Source of the DNA: Eledone cirrhosa
Lineage: Eukaryota
DNA length: 64,000 nucleotides
NCBI GenBank assembly: GCA_964016885.1
Contig: OZ024746.1
Span: 51,088,001 to 51,152,000, forward strand
Reading direction: 5' to 3'
The number at the start of each line of letters is the position of its first letter. Positions within the stretch are counted from its first letter, which is position 1. The translations under genes and the position numbers were made by a program. The notes below the pieces were generated by a model. It ran no database searches. It saw nothing but the letters and a program-made list of their open reading frames with translations, and was not told the DNA's origin. Positions 53,815 to 64,000 of this stretch are shown here, one piece after another.

Positions 53815-56055
53815 TCCTGTCTAGCGAAACCACAGCCAAGTGAATGGTCTTGGGTGGATCAACGAAATTGCCACTGTCCCTATCTACTGTCTAGCCAAAC
53901 CAAAGCCAAGGGAACCGCCTTGGGTGGATCAACGAGATTGCCACTGTCCCTATCTACTGTCTAGCGAAACCACAGCCAAGGGAACGAGCTTGGACGGATC
54001 AACGAGATTGCCACTGTCCTTATCTACTGTCTAGAGAAACCACAGTCAACGGAACGAGCTTGGGTGGATCACCGAGATTGCCACTGTCCCTATCTACTGG
54101 CTAGCGAAACCACAGCCAATGGAACGGGCGTGGCTGTTCAACGAGATTGCCATTGTCGCTATCTACTGTCTAGCGAAACCACAGAGAAGGGAACGAGATT
54201 GGACGGATCAACGAGATTGCCACTGTCCCTATCTACTGTCTAGAGAAACGACAGCCAAGGGAACGGACTTGGGTGGATCAACGAGATTGCCACTGTCCCT
54301 ATCTACTGTCTAGCGAAACCACAGCCAGGGGAACGAACTTGGACGGATCAACGAGATTGCTACTGCCCCTATCTACTGTCTAGCGAAACTACAGCCAAGG
54401 GAACGAGCTTGGACGGAATAACGAGATTGCCACTGTCCCTATCTACTGTCTAGCGAAACCACAGCTAAGGGAACTAGCTTGGACGGATCAACGAGATTGC
54501 CACTGACCCTATCTTCTGTCTAGCGAAACCACAGACAAGGGAACGGGCGTGGCTGGATCAATGATATTGCCACTGTCGCTATCAACTGTCTAGCGAAACC
54601 ACAGCCAAAGAAACGAACTTGGACGGATCAACGAGATTGCCACTGCCCATATCTACTGTCTAGCGAAACTACAGCCAAGGGAACGAGATTGGACGGATCA
54701 ACGAGATTGCCACTGACCCTATCTTCTGTCTAGCGAAACCACAGATAAGGGAACGAGCTTGGCCGGATCAACGAGATTGCCACTGTCCCTATCTACTGTC
54801 TAGCGAAACCACAGCCAAGTGAATGGTCCTGGGTGGATCAACGAGTTTGCCACTGTCCCGATCTACTGTCTAGCCAAACCAAAGCCAAGGGAACCGCCTT
54901 GGGTGGATCAACGAGATTGCCACTGTCCCTATCTACTGTCTAGCGAAACTACAGCCAATGGAACGAGATTGGACGGATCAACGAGATTGCCACTGTCCTT
55001 ATCTACTGTCTAGAGAAGCCACAGTCAACGGAACGAGCTAGGGTGGATCAACAAAATTGCCACTGTCCCTATCTAATGTCTAGCGAAACTACAGCCAAGG
55101 GAACGGGCGTGGCTGGATCAATGATATTGCCACTGTCGCTATCAACTGTCTAGCGAAACCACAGCCATGGAATCGAACTTGGACGGATCAACGACATTGC
55201 ACTGTCCCTATCTACTGTCTAGCGAAACCACAGCCAAGGGAACGAGCTTGGACGGATACACGAGATTGGCACTGTCCTTATCTAGAGTCTAGCGAAACCA
55301 CAGTCAACGGATAGAGCTTTGGTGGATCAACGAGATTGTCAGTGTGCCTATCTACTGTCTAGCAAAACCACAGCCAAAGAAACGGGCTTTGCTGGATCAA
55401 CGAGATTGCCACTGTCCCTATCTACTGTCTAGCGAAACCACAGCCAAGGGAACGAGCTTGGACGGATCAACGAGATTGCCACTGTCCTTATCTACTGTCT
55501 AGAGAAGCCACAGTCAACGAAACGAGCTAGGGTGGATCAACAAAATTGCCACTGTCCCTATCTAATGTCTAGCGAAACTACAGCCAAGGGAACGGGCGTG
55601 GCTGGATCAATGATATTGCCACTGTCGCTATCAACTGTCTAGCGAAACCACAGCCAAGGAAACGAACTTGGACGGATCAACGACATTGCACTGTCCCTAT
55701 CTACTGTCTAGCGAAACCACAGCCAAGGGAACGAGCTTGGACGGATAAACGAGATTGGCACTGTCCTTATCTAGTGTCTAGCGAAACCACAGTCAACGGA
55801 TAGAGCTTTGCTGGATCAACGAGATTGCCAGTGTGCCTATCTACTGTCTAGCAAAACCACAGCCAAAGAAACGGGCTTTGCTGGATCAACGAGATTGCCA
55901 CTGTCCTTATCTACTGTCTAGAGAAAACACAGTCAGCGGAACGAGCTTGGGTGGATCAACGAGATTGCCACTGTCCCTATCTACTGGCTAGCGAAATCAC
56001 AGCCAATGGAACGGGCGTGGCTGTTCAACAAGAATGCCACTGTCGCAATCTACTG

Positions 56056-56089
<34 letters not shown>

Positions 56090-59000
56090 CTGGATCAACA
56101 AGATTGCCACTGTCCTTATCTACTGTCTAACCAAACAAAAGCCAAGGGAACGGCCTTGGGTGGATCAACGAGATTGCCACTGTCCCTATCTACTGTCTAG
56201 CGAAACTACAGCCAATGGAACGAGATTGGACGGATCAACGAGATTGCCACTGTCCTTATCTACTGTCTAGAGAAGCCACAGTCAACGGAACGAGCTAGGG
56301 TGGATCAACAAAATTGCCACTGTCCCTATCTAATGTCTAGCGAAACTACAGCCAAGGGAACGGGCGTGGCTGGATCAATGATATTGCCACTGTCGCTATC
56401 AACTGTCTAGCGAAACCACAGTCATGGAATCGAACTTGGACGGATCAACGACATTGCACTGTCCCTATCTACTGTCTAGCGAAACCACAGCCAAGGGAAC
56501 GAGCTTGGACGGATACAGGAGATTGGCACTGTCCTTATCTAGAGTCTAGCGAAACCACAGTCAACGGATAGAGCTTTGGTGGATCAACGAGATTGTCAGT
56601 GTGCCTATCTACTGTCTAGCAAAACCACAGCCAAAGAAACGGGCTTTGCTGGATCAACGAGATTGCCACTGTCCCTATCTACTGTCTAGCGAAACCACAG
56701 CCAAGGGAACGAGCTTGGACGGATCAACGAGATTGCCACTGTCCTTATCTACTGTCTAGAGAAGCCACAGTCAACGAAACGAGCTAGGGTGGATCAACAA
56801 AATTGCCACTGTCCCTATCTAATGTCTAGCGAAACTACAGCCAAGGGAACGGGCGTGGCTGGATCAATGATATTGCCACTGTCGCTATCAACTGTCTAGC
56901 GAAACCACAGCCAAGGAAACGAACTTGGACGGATCAACGACATTGCACTGTCCCTATCTACTGTCTAGCGAAACCACAGCCAAGGGAACGAGCTTGGACG
57001 GATAAACGAGATTGGCACTGTCCTTATCTAGTGTCTAGCGAAACCACAGTCAACGGATAGAGCTTTGCTGGATCAACGAGATTGCCAGTGTGCCTATCTA
57101 CTGTCTAGCAAAACCACAGCCAAAGAAACGGGCTTTGCTGGATCAACGAGATTGCCACTGTCCTTATCTACTGTCTAGAGAAACTACAGTGAACGGAACG
57201 AGCTTGGGTGGATCAACGAGATTGCCACTGTCCCTATCTATTGTCTAGAGAAACCACAGCCAAGGGAACGGACTTGGTACTATCGACGAGATTGCCACTG
57301 AACCTATCTACTGTCTAGCGAAACCACAGCCAAGGGAACGAGCTTGGACGGATCAACGAGATTGCCACTGTCGTTATCTACTGTCTAGAGAAACCACAGT
57401 CAACGGAACGAGCTTGGGTGGATCAACGAGATTGCCACTGTCCCTATCTACTGTCTAGCGAAACCACAGCCAAGAGAACGAGCTTGGACGGAATAACGAG
57501 ATTGCCACTGTCCCTATCTACTGTCTATCTACTGTCTAGCGAAACCACAGCCAAGGGAACGAGCTTGGACGGATCAACGAGATTGCCACTGTCCTTATCT
57601 ACTGTCTAGAGAAACCACAGCTAAGGGAACGAGCTTGGACGGATCAACGAGATTGCCACTGACCCTATCTACTGTCTAGCGAAAACACAGACAAGGGAAC
57701 GAGCTTGGACGCATCAACCAGATTGCCACTGTCCCTATCTACTGTCCTGCGTAACCACAGCCAAGAGAACGGGCTTGGGTTAATCAACGAGATTGCCGGT
57801 GTCCCTATCTACTGTCTAGCGAAACCACAGCCAAGGGAACGAACTTGGACGGATCAACGAGATTGCCACTGTCCCTATCTACTGTCTAGCGAAACCACAG
57901 CCAAGTGAATGGTCTTGGGTGGATCAACGAAATTGCCACTGTCCCTATCTACTGTCTAGCCAAACCAAAGCCAAGGGAACCGCCTTGGGTGGATCAACGA
58001 GATTGCCACTGTCCCTATCTACTGTCTAGCGAAACCACAGCCAAGGGAACGAGCTTGGACGGATCAACGAGATTGCCACTGTCCTTATCTACTGTCTAGA
58101 GAAACCACAGTCAACGGAACGAGCTTGGGTGGATCACCGAGATTGCCACTGTCCCTATCTACTGGCTAGCGAAACCACAGCCAATGGAACGGGCGTGGCT
58201 GTTCAACGAGATTGCCACTGTCGCTATCTACTGTCTAGCGAAACCACAGAGAAGGGAACGAGATTGGACGGATCAACGAGATTGCCACTGTCCCTATCTA
58301 CTGTCTAGAGAAACGACAGCCAAGGGAACGGACTTGGGTGGATCAACGAGATTGCCACTGTCCCTATCTACTGTCTAGCGAAACCACAGCCAAGGGAACG
58401 AACTTGGACGGATCAACGAGATTGCTACTGCCCCTATCTACTGTCTAGCGAAACTACAGCCAAGGGAACGAGCTTGGACGGAATAACGAGATTGCCACTG
58501 TCCCTATCTACTGTCTAGCGAAACCACAGCTAAGGGAACTAGCTTGGACGGATCAACGAGATTGCCACTGACCCTATCTTCTGTCTAGCGAAACCACAGA
58601 CAAGGGAACGGGCGTGGCTGGATAAATGATATTGCCACTGTCGCTATCAACTGTCTAGCGAAACCACAGCCAAAGAAACGAACTTGGACGGATCAACGAG
58701 ATTGCCACTGCCCATATCTACTGTCTAGCGAAACTACAGCCAAGGGAACGAGATTGGACGGATCAACGAGATTGCCACTGACCCTATCTTCTGTCTAGCG
58801 AAACCACAGATAAGGGAACGAGCTTGGCCGGATCAACGAGATTGCCACTGTCCCTATCTACTGTCTAGCGAAACCACAGCCAAGTGAATGGTCCTGGGTG
58901 GATCAACGAGTTTGCCACTGTCCCGATCTACTGTCTAGCCAAACCAAAGCCAAGGGAACCGCCTTGGGTGGATCAACGAGATTGCCACTGTCCCTATCTA

Positions 59001-60120
59001 CTGTCTAGCGAAACTACAGCCAATGGAACGAGATTGGACGGATCAACGAGATTGCCACTGCCCTTATCTACTGTCTAGCGAAACTACAGCCAAGGGAACG
59101 AGCTTGGACGGAATAACGAGATTGCCACTGTCCCTATCTAATGTCTAGCGAAACTACAGCCAAGGGAACGGGCGTGGCTGGATCAATGATATTGCCACTG
59201 TCGCTATCAACTGTCTAGCGAAACCACAGCCATGGAATCGAACTTGGACGGATCAACGACATTGCACTGTCCCTATCTACTGTCTAGCGAAACCACAGCC
59301 AAGGGAACGAGCTTGGACGGATACACGAGATTGGCACTGTCCGTATCTAGAGTCTAGCGAAACCACAGTCAACGGATAGAGCTTTGGTGGATCAACGAGA
59401 TTGTCAGTGTGCCTATCTACTGTCTAGCAAAACCACAGCCAAAGAAACGGGCTTTGCTGGATCAACGAGATTGCCACTGTCCCTATCTACTGTCTAGCGA
59501 AACCACAGCCAAGGGAACGAGCTTGGACGGATCAACGAGATTGCCACTGTCCTTATCTACTGTCTAGAGAAGCCACAGTCAACGAAACGAGCTAGGGTGG
59601 ATCAACAAAATTGCCACTGTCCCTATCTAATGTCTAGCGAAACTACAGCCAAGGGAACGGGCGTGGCTGGATCAATGATATTGCCACTGTCGCTATCAAC
59701 TGTCTAGCGAAACCACAGCCAAGGAAACGAACTTGGACGGATCAACGACATTGCACTGTCCCTATCTACTGTCTAGCGAAACCACAGCCAAGGGAACGAG
59801 CTTGGACGGATAAACGAGATTGGCACTGTCCTTATCTAGTGTCTAGCGAAACCACAGTCAACGGATAGAGCTTTGCTGGATCAACGAGATTGCCAGTGTG
59901 CCTATCTACTGTCTAGCAAAACCACAGCCAAAGAAACGGGCTTTGCTGGATCAACGAGATTGCCACTGTCCTTATCTACTGTCTAGAGAAAACACAGTCA
60001 GCGGAACGAGCTTGGGTGGATCAACGAGATTGCCACTGTCCCTATCTACTGGCTAGCGAAATCACAGCCAATGGAACGGGCGTGGCTGTTCAACAAGAAT
60101 GCCACTGTCGCTATCTACTG

Positions 60121-60154
<34 letters not shown>

Positions 60155-61377
60155 CTGGATCAACAAGATTGCCACTGACCTTATCTACTGTCTAACCAAA
60201 CAAAAGCCAAGGGAACGGCCTTGGGTGGATCAACGAGATTGCCACTGTCCCTATCTACTGTCTAGCGAAACTACAGCCAATGGAACGAGATTGGACGGAT
60301 CAACGAGATTGCCACTGTCCTTATCTACTGTCTAGAGAAGCCACAGTCAACGGAACGAGCTAGGGTGGATCAACAAAATTGCCACTGTCCCTATCTAATG
60401 TCTAGCGAAACTACAGCCAAGGGAACGGGCGTGGCTGGATCAATGATATTGCCACTGTCGCTATCAACTGTCTAGCGAAACCACAGCCATGGAATCGAAC
60501 TTGGACGGATCAACGACATTGCACTGTCCCTATCTACTGTCTAGCGAAACCACAGCCAAGGGAACGAGCTTGGACGGATACACGAGATTGGCACTGTCCT
60601 TATCTAGAGTCTAGCGAAACCACAGTCAACGGATAGAGCTTTGGTGGATCAACGAGATTGTCAGTGTGCCTATCTACTGTCTAGCAAAACCACAGCCAAA
60701 GAAACGGGCTTTGCTGGATCAACGAGATTGCCACTGTCCCTATCTACTGTCTAGCGAAACCACAGCCAAGGGAACGAGCTTGGACGGATCAACGAGATTG
60801 CCACTGTCCTTATCTACTGTCTAGAGAAGCCACAGTCAACGAAACGAGCTAGGGTGGATCAACAAAATTGCCACTGTCCCTATCTAATGTCTAGCGAAAC
60901 TACAGCCAAGGGAACGGGCGTGGCTGGATCAATGATATTGCCACTGTCGCTATCAACTGTCTAGCGAAACCACAGCCAAGGAAACGAACTTGGACGGATC
61001 AACGACATTGCACTGTCCCTATCTACTGTCTAGCGAAACCACAGCCAAGGGAACGAGCTTGGACGGATAAACGAGATTGGCACTGTCCTTATCTAGTGTC
61101 TAGCGAAACCACAGTCAACGGATAGAGCTTTGCTGGATCAACGAGATTGCCAGTGTGCCTATCTACTGTCTAGCAAAACCACAGCCAAAGAAACGGGCTT
61201 TGCTGGATCAACGAGATTGCCACTGTCCTTATCTACTGTCTAGAGAAAACACAGTCAGCGGAACGTGCTTGGGTGGATCAACGAGATTGCCACTGTCCCT
61301 ATCTACTGGCTAGCGAAATCACAGCCAATGGAACGGGCGTGGCTGTTCAACAAGAATGCCACTGTCGCTATCTACTG

Positions 61378-61411
<34 letters not shown>

Positions 61412-62366
61412 CTGGATCAACAAGATTGCCACTGTCCTTATCTACTGTCTAACCAAACAAAAGCCAAGGGAACGGCCTTGGGTGAATCAACGAGATTGCC
61501 ACTGTCCCTATCTACTGTCTAGAGAAACTACAGTGAACGGAACGATCTTGGGTGGATCAACGAGATTGCCGGTGTCCCTATCTACTGTCTAGCGAAACCA
61601 CAGCCAAGGGAACGAACTTGGACGGATCAACGAGATTGCCACTGTCCCTATCTACTGTCTAGCGAAACCACAGCCATGGGAACGGGCTTGGGTGGATCAA
61701 CGAGATTGCCACTGTCCCTATCTACTGTCTAGCGAAACTACAGCCAAGGGAACGAGCTTGGACGGAATAACGAGATTGCCAGGCCCTATCTTCTGTCTAG
61801 CGAAACCACAGCCAAGGGGACGAGCTTGGACGGATCAACGAGATTGCCACTGTCCTTATCTACTGTCTAGAGAAACCACAGTCAACGGAACGAGCTAGGG
61901 TGGATCAACGAGATTGCCACTGTCCCTATCTAATGTCTAGTGAAACCACAGCCAAGGGAACGGGCGTGGCTGGATCAATGATATTGCCACTGTCGCTATC
62001 TACTGTCTAGCGAAACCAAAGCCAAGGGAGCGGGCTTGGCTGGATCAATGAGATTGCCACTGTCCCTATCTACTCTCTAGCGCAACCACAGCCAATGGAA
62101 CGAGCTTGGACGGAATAACGAGATTTTCACTGTCCCTGTCTACTGTCTAGCCAAACCACAGCTACGGGAACGAGCTTGGACGGATCAACGAGATTGCCAC
62201 TGTCCCTATCTACTGTCTATCTACTGTCTAGCGAAACCACAGCCAAGGGAATGAGCTTGGACGGATCAACGTGATTGCCACTGTCCTTATCTACTGTCTA
62301 GAGAAACCACAGTCAACGGAACGAGCTTGGGTGGATCAACGAGATTACCACTGTACCTATCTACTG

Positions 62367-62400
<34 letters not shown>

Positions 62401-64000
62401 CTGGATCAATGAGATTGCCACTTTCCCTATCAACTGTCTAGCGAAACCACAGCCAAGGGAACGAACTTGGACGGATCAACGAGATTGCCACTGTCTTTAT
62501 CTACTGTCTAGCGAAACCACAGCCAAGGGAACGAGCTTGGACGGATCAACGAGATTGCCACTGTCTTTATCTACTCTCTAGCGAAACCACAGTCAACGGA
62601 ACGAGCTTGGGTGGATCAACGAGATTGACACTGTGCCTATCTACTGTCTAGCGAAACCACAGAGAAGGGAACGAGCTTGGACGGATCAACGAGATTGCCA
62701 CTGTCCCTATCTACTGTCTAGCGAAACGACAGCCAAGGGAACGGACTTGGGTGGATCAACGAGATTGCCACTGTCCCTATCTACTGTCTAGCGAAACCAC
62801 AGCCAAGGGAACGAACTTGGACGGATCAACGAGATTGCTACTGCCCCTATCTACTGTCTAGCGAAACCACAGCTAAGGGAACTAGCTTGGACGGATCAAC
62901 GAGATTGCCACTGACCCTATCTTCTGTCTAGCGAAACCACAGACAAGGGAACGGGCGTGGCTGGATCAATGATATTGCCACTGTCGCTATCAACTGTCTA
63001 GCGAAACCACAGCCAAGGAAACGAACTTGGACGGATCAACGAGATTGCCACTGCCCATATCTACTGTCTAGCGAAACTACAGCCAAGGGAACGAGATTGG
63101 ACGGATCAACGAGATTGCCACTGACCCTATCTTCTGTCTAGCGAAACCACAGATAAGGGAACGAGCTTGGCCGGATCAACGAGATTGCCACTGTCCCTAT
63201 CTACTGTCTAGCGAAACCACAGCCAAGTGAATGGTCCTGGGTGGATCAACGAGTTTGCCACTGTCCCTATCTACTGTCTAGCCAAACCAAAGCCAAGGGA
63301 ACGAGCTTGGGTGGATCAACGAGATTGACACTGTCCCTATCTACTGTCTAGCGAAACCACAGCCAAGTGAATGGCCTTGGGTGTATCAACGAAATTGCCA
63401 CTGTCCCTATCTACTGTCTAGCGAAACTACAGCCAATGGAACGAGATTGGACGGATCAACGAGATTGCCACTGTCCTTATCTACTGTCTAGATAAGCCAC
63501 AGTCAAACGGAACGAGCTAGGGTGGATCAACAAAATTGCCACTGTCCCTATCTAATGTCTAGCGAAACTACAGCCAAGGGAACGGGCGTGGCTGGATCAA
63601 TGATATTGCCACTGTCGCTATCAACTGTCTAGCGAAACCACAGCCAAGGAAACGAACTTGGACGGATCAACGACATTGCACTGTCCCTATCTACTGTCTA
63701 GCGAAACCACAGCCAAGGGAACGAGCTTGGACGGATACACGAGATTGACACTGTCCTTATCTAGAGTCTAGCGAAACCACAGTCAACGGATAGAGCTTTG
63801 GTGGATCAACGAGATTGTCAGTGTGCCTATCTACTGTCTAGCAAAACCACAGCCAAAGAAACGGGCTTTGCTGGATCAACGAGATTGCCACTGTCCCTAT
63901 CTACTGTCTAGCGAAACCACAGCCAAGGGAACGAGCTTGGACGGACCAACGAGATTGCCACTGTCCTTATCTACTGTCTAGAGAAGCCACAGTCAACGAA
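53815..64000 (+). repeat. 4065-bp duplication with nested 1257-bp (18-mer) and 489-bp (7-mer) repeats; diverged third partial copy from about 62650
   Basis: ORF pairs 53840/57905, 54119/58184 and 54819/58884. GGATACA is at 55254, 56511, 59319 and 60576. ATAGAGCTTT is at 55311 and 55800. AGAGAAGGG is at 54183, 58248 and 62661. Confidence 0.9.

Larger units (their letters stand above)
1..64000 (+). repeat. 70-bp tandem satellite array (about 914 monomers) derived from a 25S/28S rRNA core fragment; runs off both window ends
   Basis: The unit CTGTCTAGCGAAACCACAGCCAAGGGAACGGGCTTGGGTGGATCAACGAGATTGCCACTGTCCCTATCTA recurs every 70 bp from 1 to 64000. Copies carry a few substitutions each, with occasional 68/69/71/81-bp variants. 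I saw no inversion or unique insert. Confidence 0.99.

Noticed and set aside
1716-61898. All 60-95 aa ORFs (WINEIATVPIYCLAKPQP / DQRDCHCPYLLSSETT / STRLPLSLSTV)
   Set aside because: 70 is not a multiple of 3, so each monomer shifts frame and the TAG in GTCTAGCG stops a frame every third unit, giving about 60-70 codons. These are translated rRNA-derived repeats, mostly with GTG/TTG starts.
1-64000. CRISPR array
   Set aside because: The period is CRISPR-like, but the whole 70 bp is repeated, with no unique spacers, leader or cas genes.
1-64000. Functional rRNA gene or rDNA unit
   Set aside because: Only one 70-nt fragment is present, tandemly repeated and mutated. There is no other 18S, 5.8S, 28S or spacer sequence.
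1-64000. PCR or rolling-circle concatemer, or sequencing noise
   Set aside because: Variants recur in the same order in blocks kilobases apart and form nested duplications with private SNPs, which random error would not produce. Individual block copies still need read validation.
1-64000. Inserted R1/R2 element, group I intron or homing endonuclease
   Set aside because: There is no non-repeat sequence or long ORF, and the R2/I-PpoI site (CTCTCTTAAGGTAGC) lies outside the amplified fragment.
1-64000. Strict nucleosome-length dimer (140 bp) or trimer (210 bp) as the true unit
   Set aside because: Monomer classes show no consistent alternation by eye; only isolated local dimer duplications are seen.
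1-64000. Telomeric repeats, integron attC array or bacterial REP/iteron array
   Set aside because: There is no telomere motif, no cassettes and no bacterial gene context, and eukaryotic LSU homology explains the whole unit.

Overview
The whole 64 kb window is one uninterrupted head-to-tail satellite array of a 70-bp monomer (about 914 copies, all in one orientation). It has no unique DNA, real genes, transposon insertions or CRISPR spacers. Consensus: TGGATCAACGAGATTGCCACTGTCCCTATCTACTGTCTAGCGAAACCACAGCCAAGGGAACG(G/A)GCTTGG(G/A/C). The monomer is about 66/70 identical to a conserved core segment of eukaryotic 25S/28S rRNA (compared with the yeast/invertebrate-type sequence from memory, not searched). 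That segment spans the end of domain IV through helix 72 and contains the R1 retrotransposon target. This is therefore a eukaryotic satellite built from rRNA coding sequence, with one R1-type target site per monomer. Diagnostic variants show nested higher-order repeats and block duplications (about 0.14, 0.49, 0.98, 1.19, 1.26, 1.48, 1.82, 2.6, 3.5, 4.07, 6 and 11.5-13 kb). They also show a left-to-right change of monomer subfamily that is itself duplicated. All listed ORFs are artefacts of the 70-bp period.
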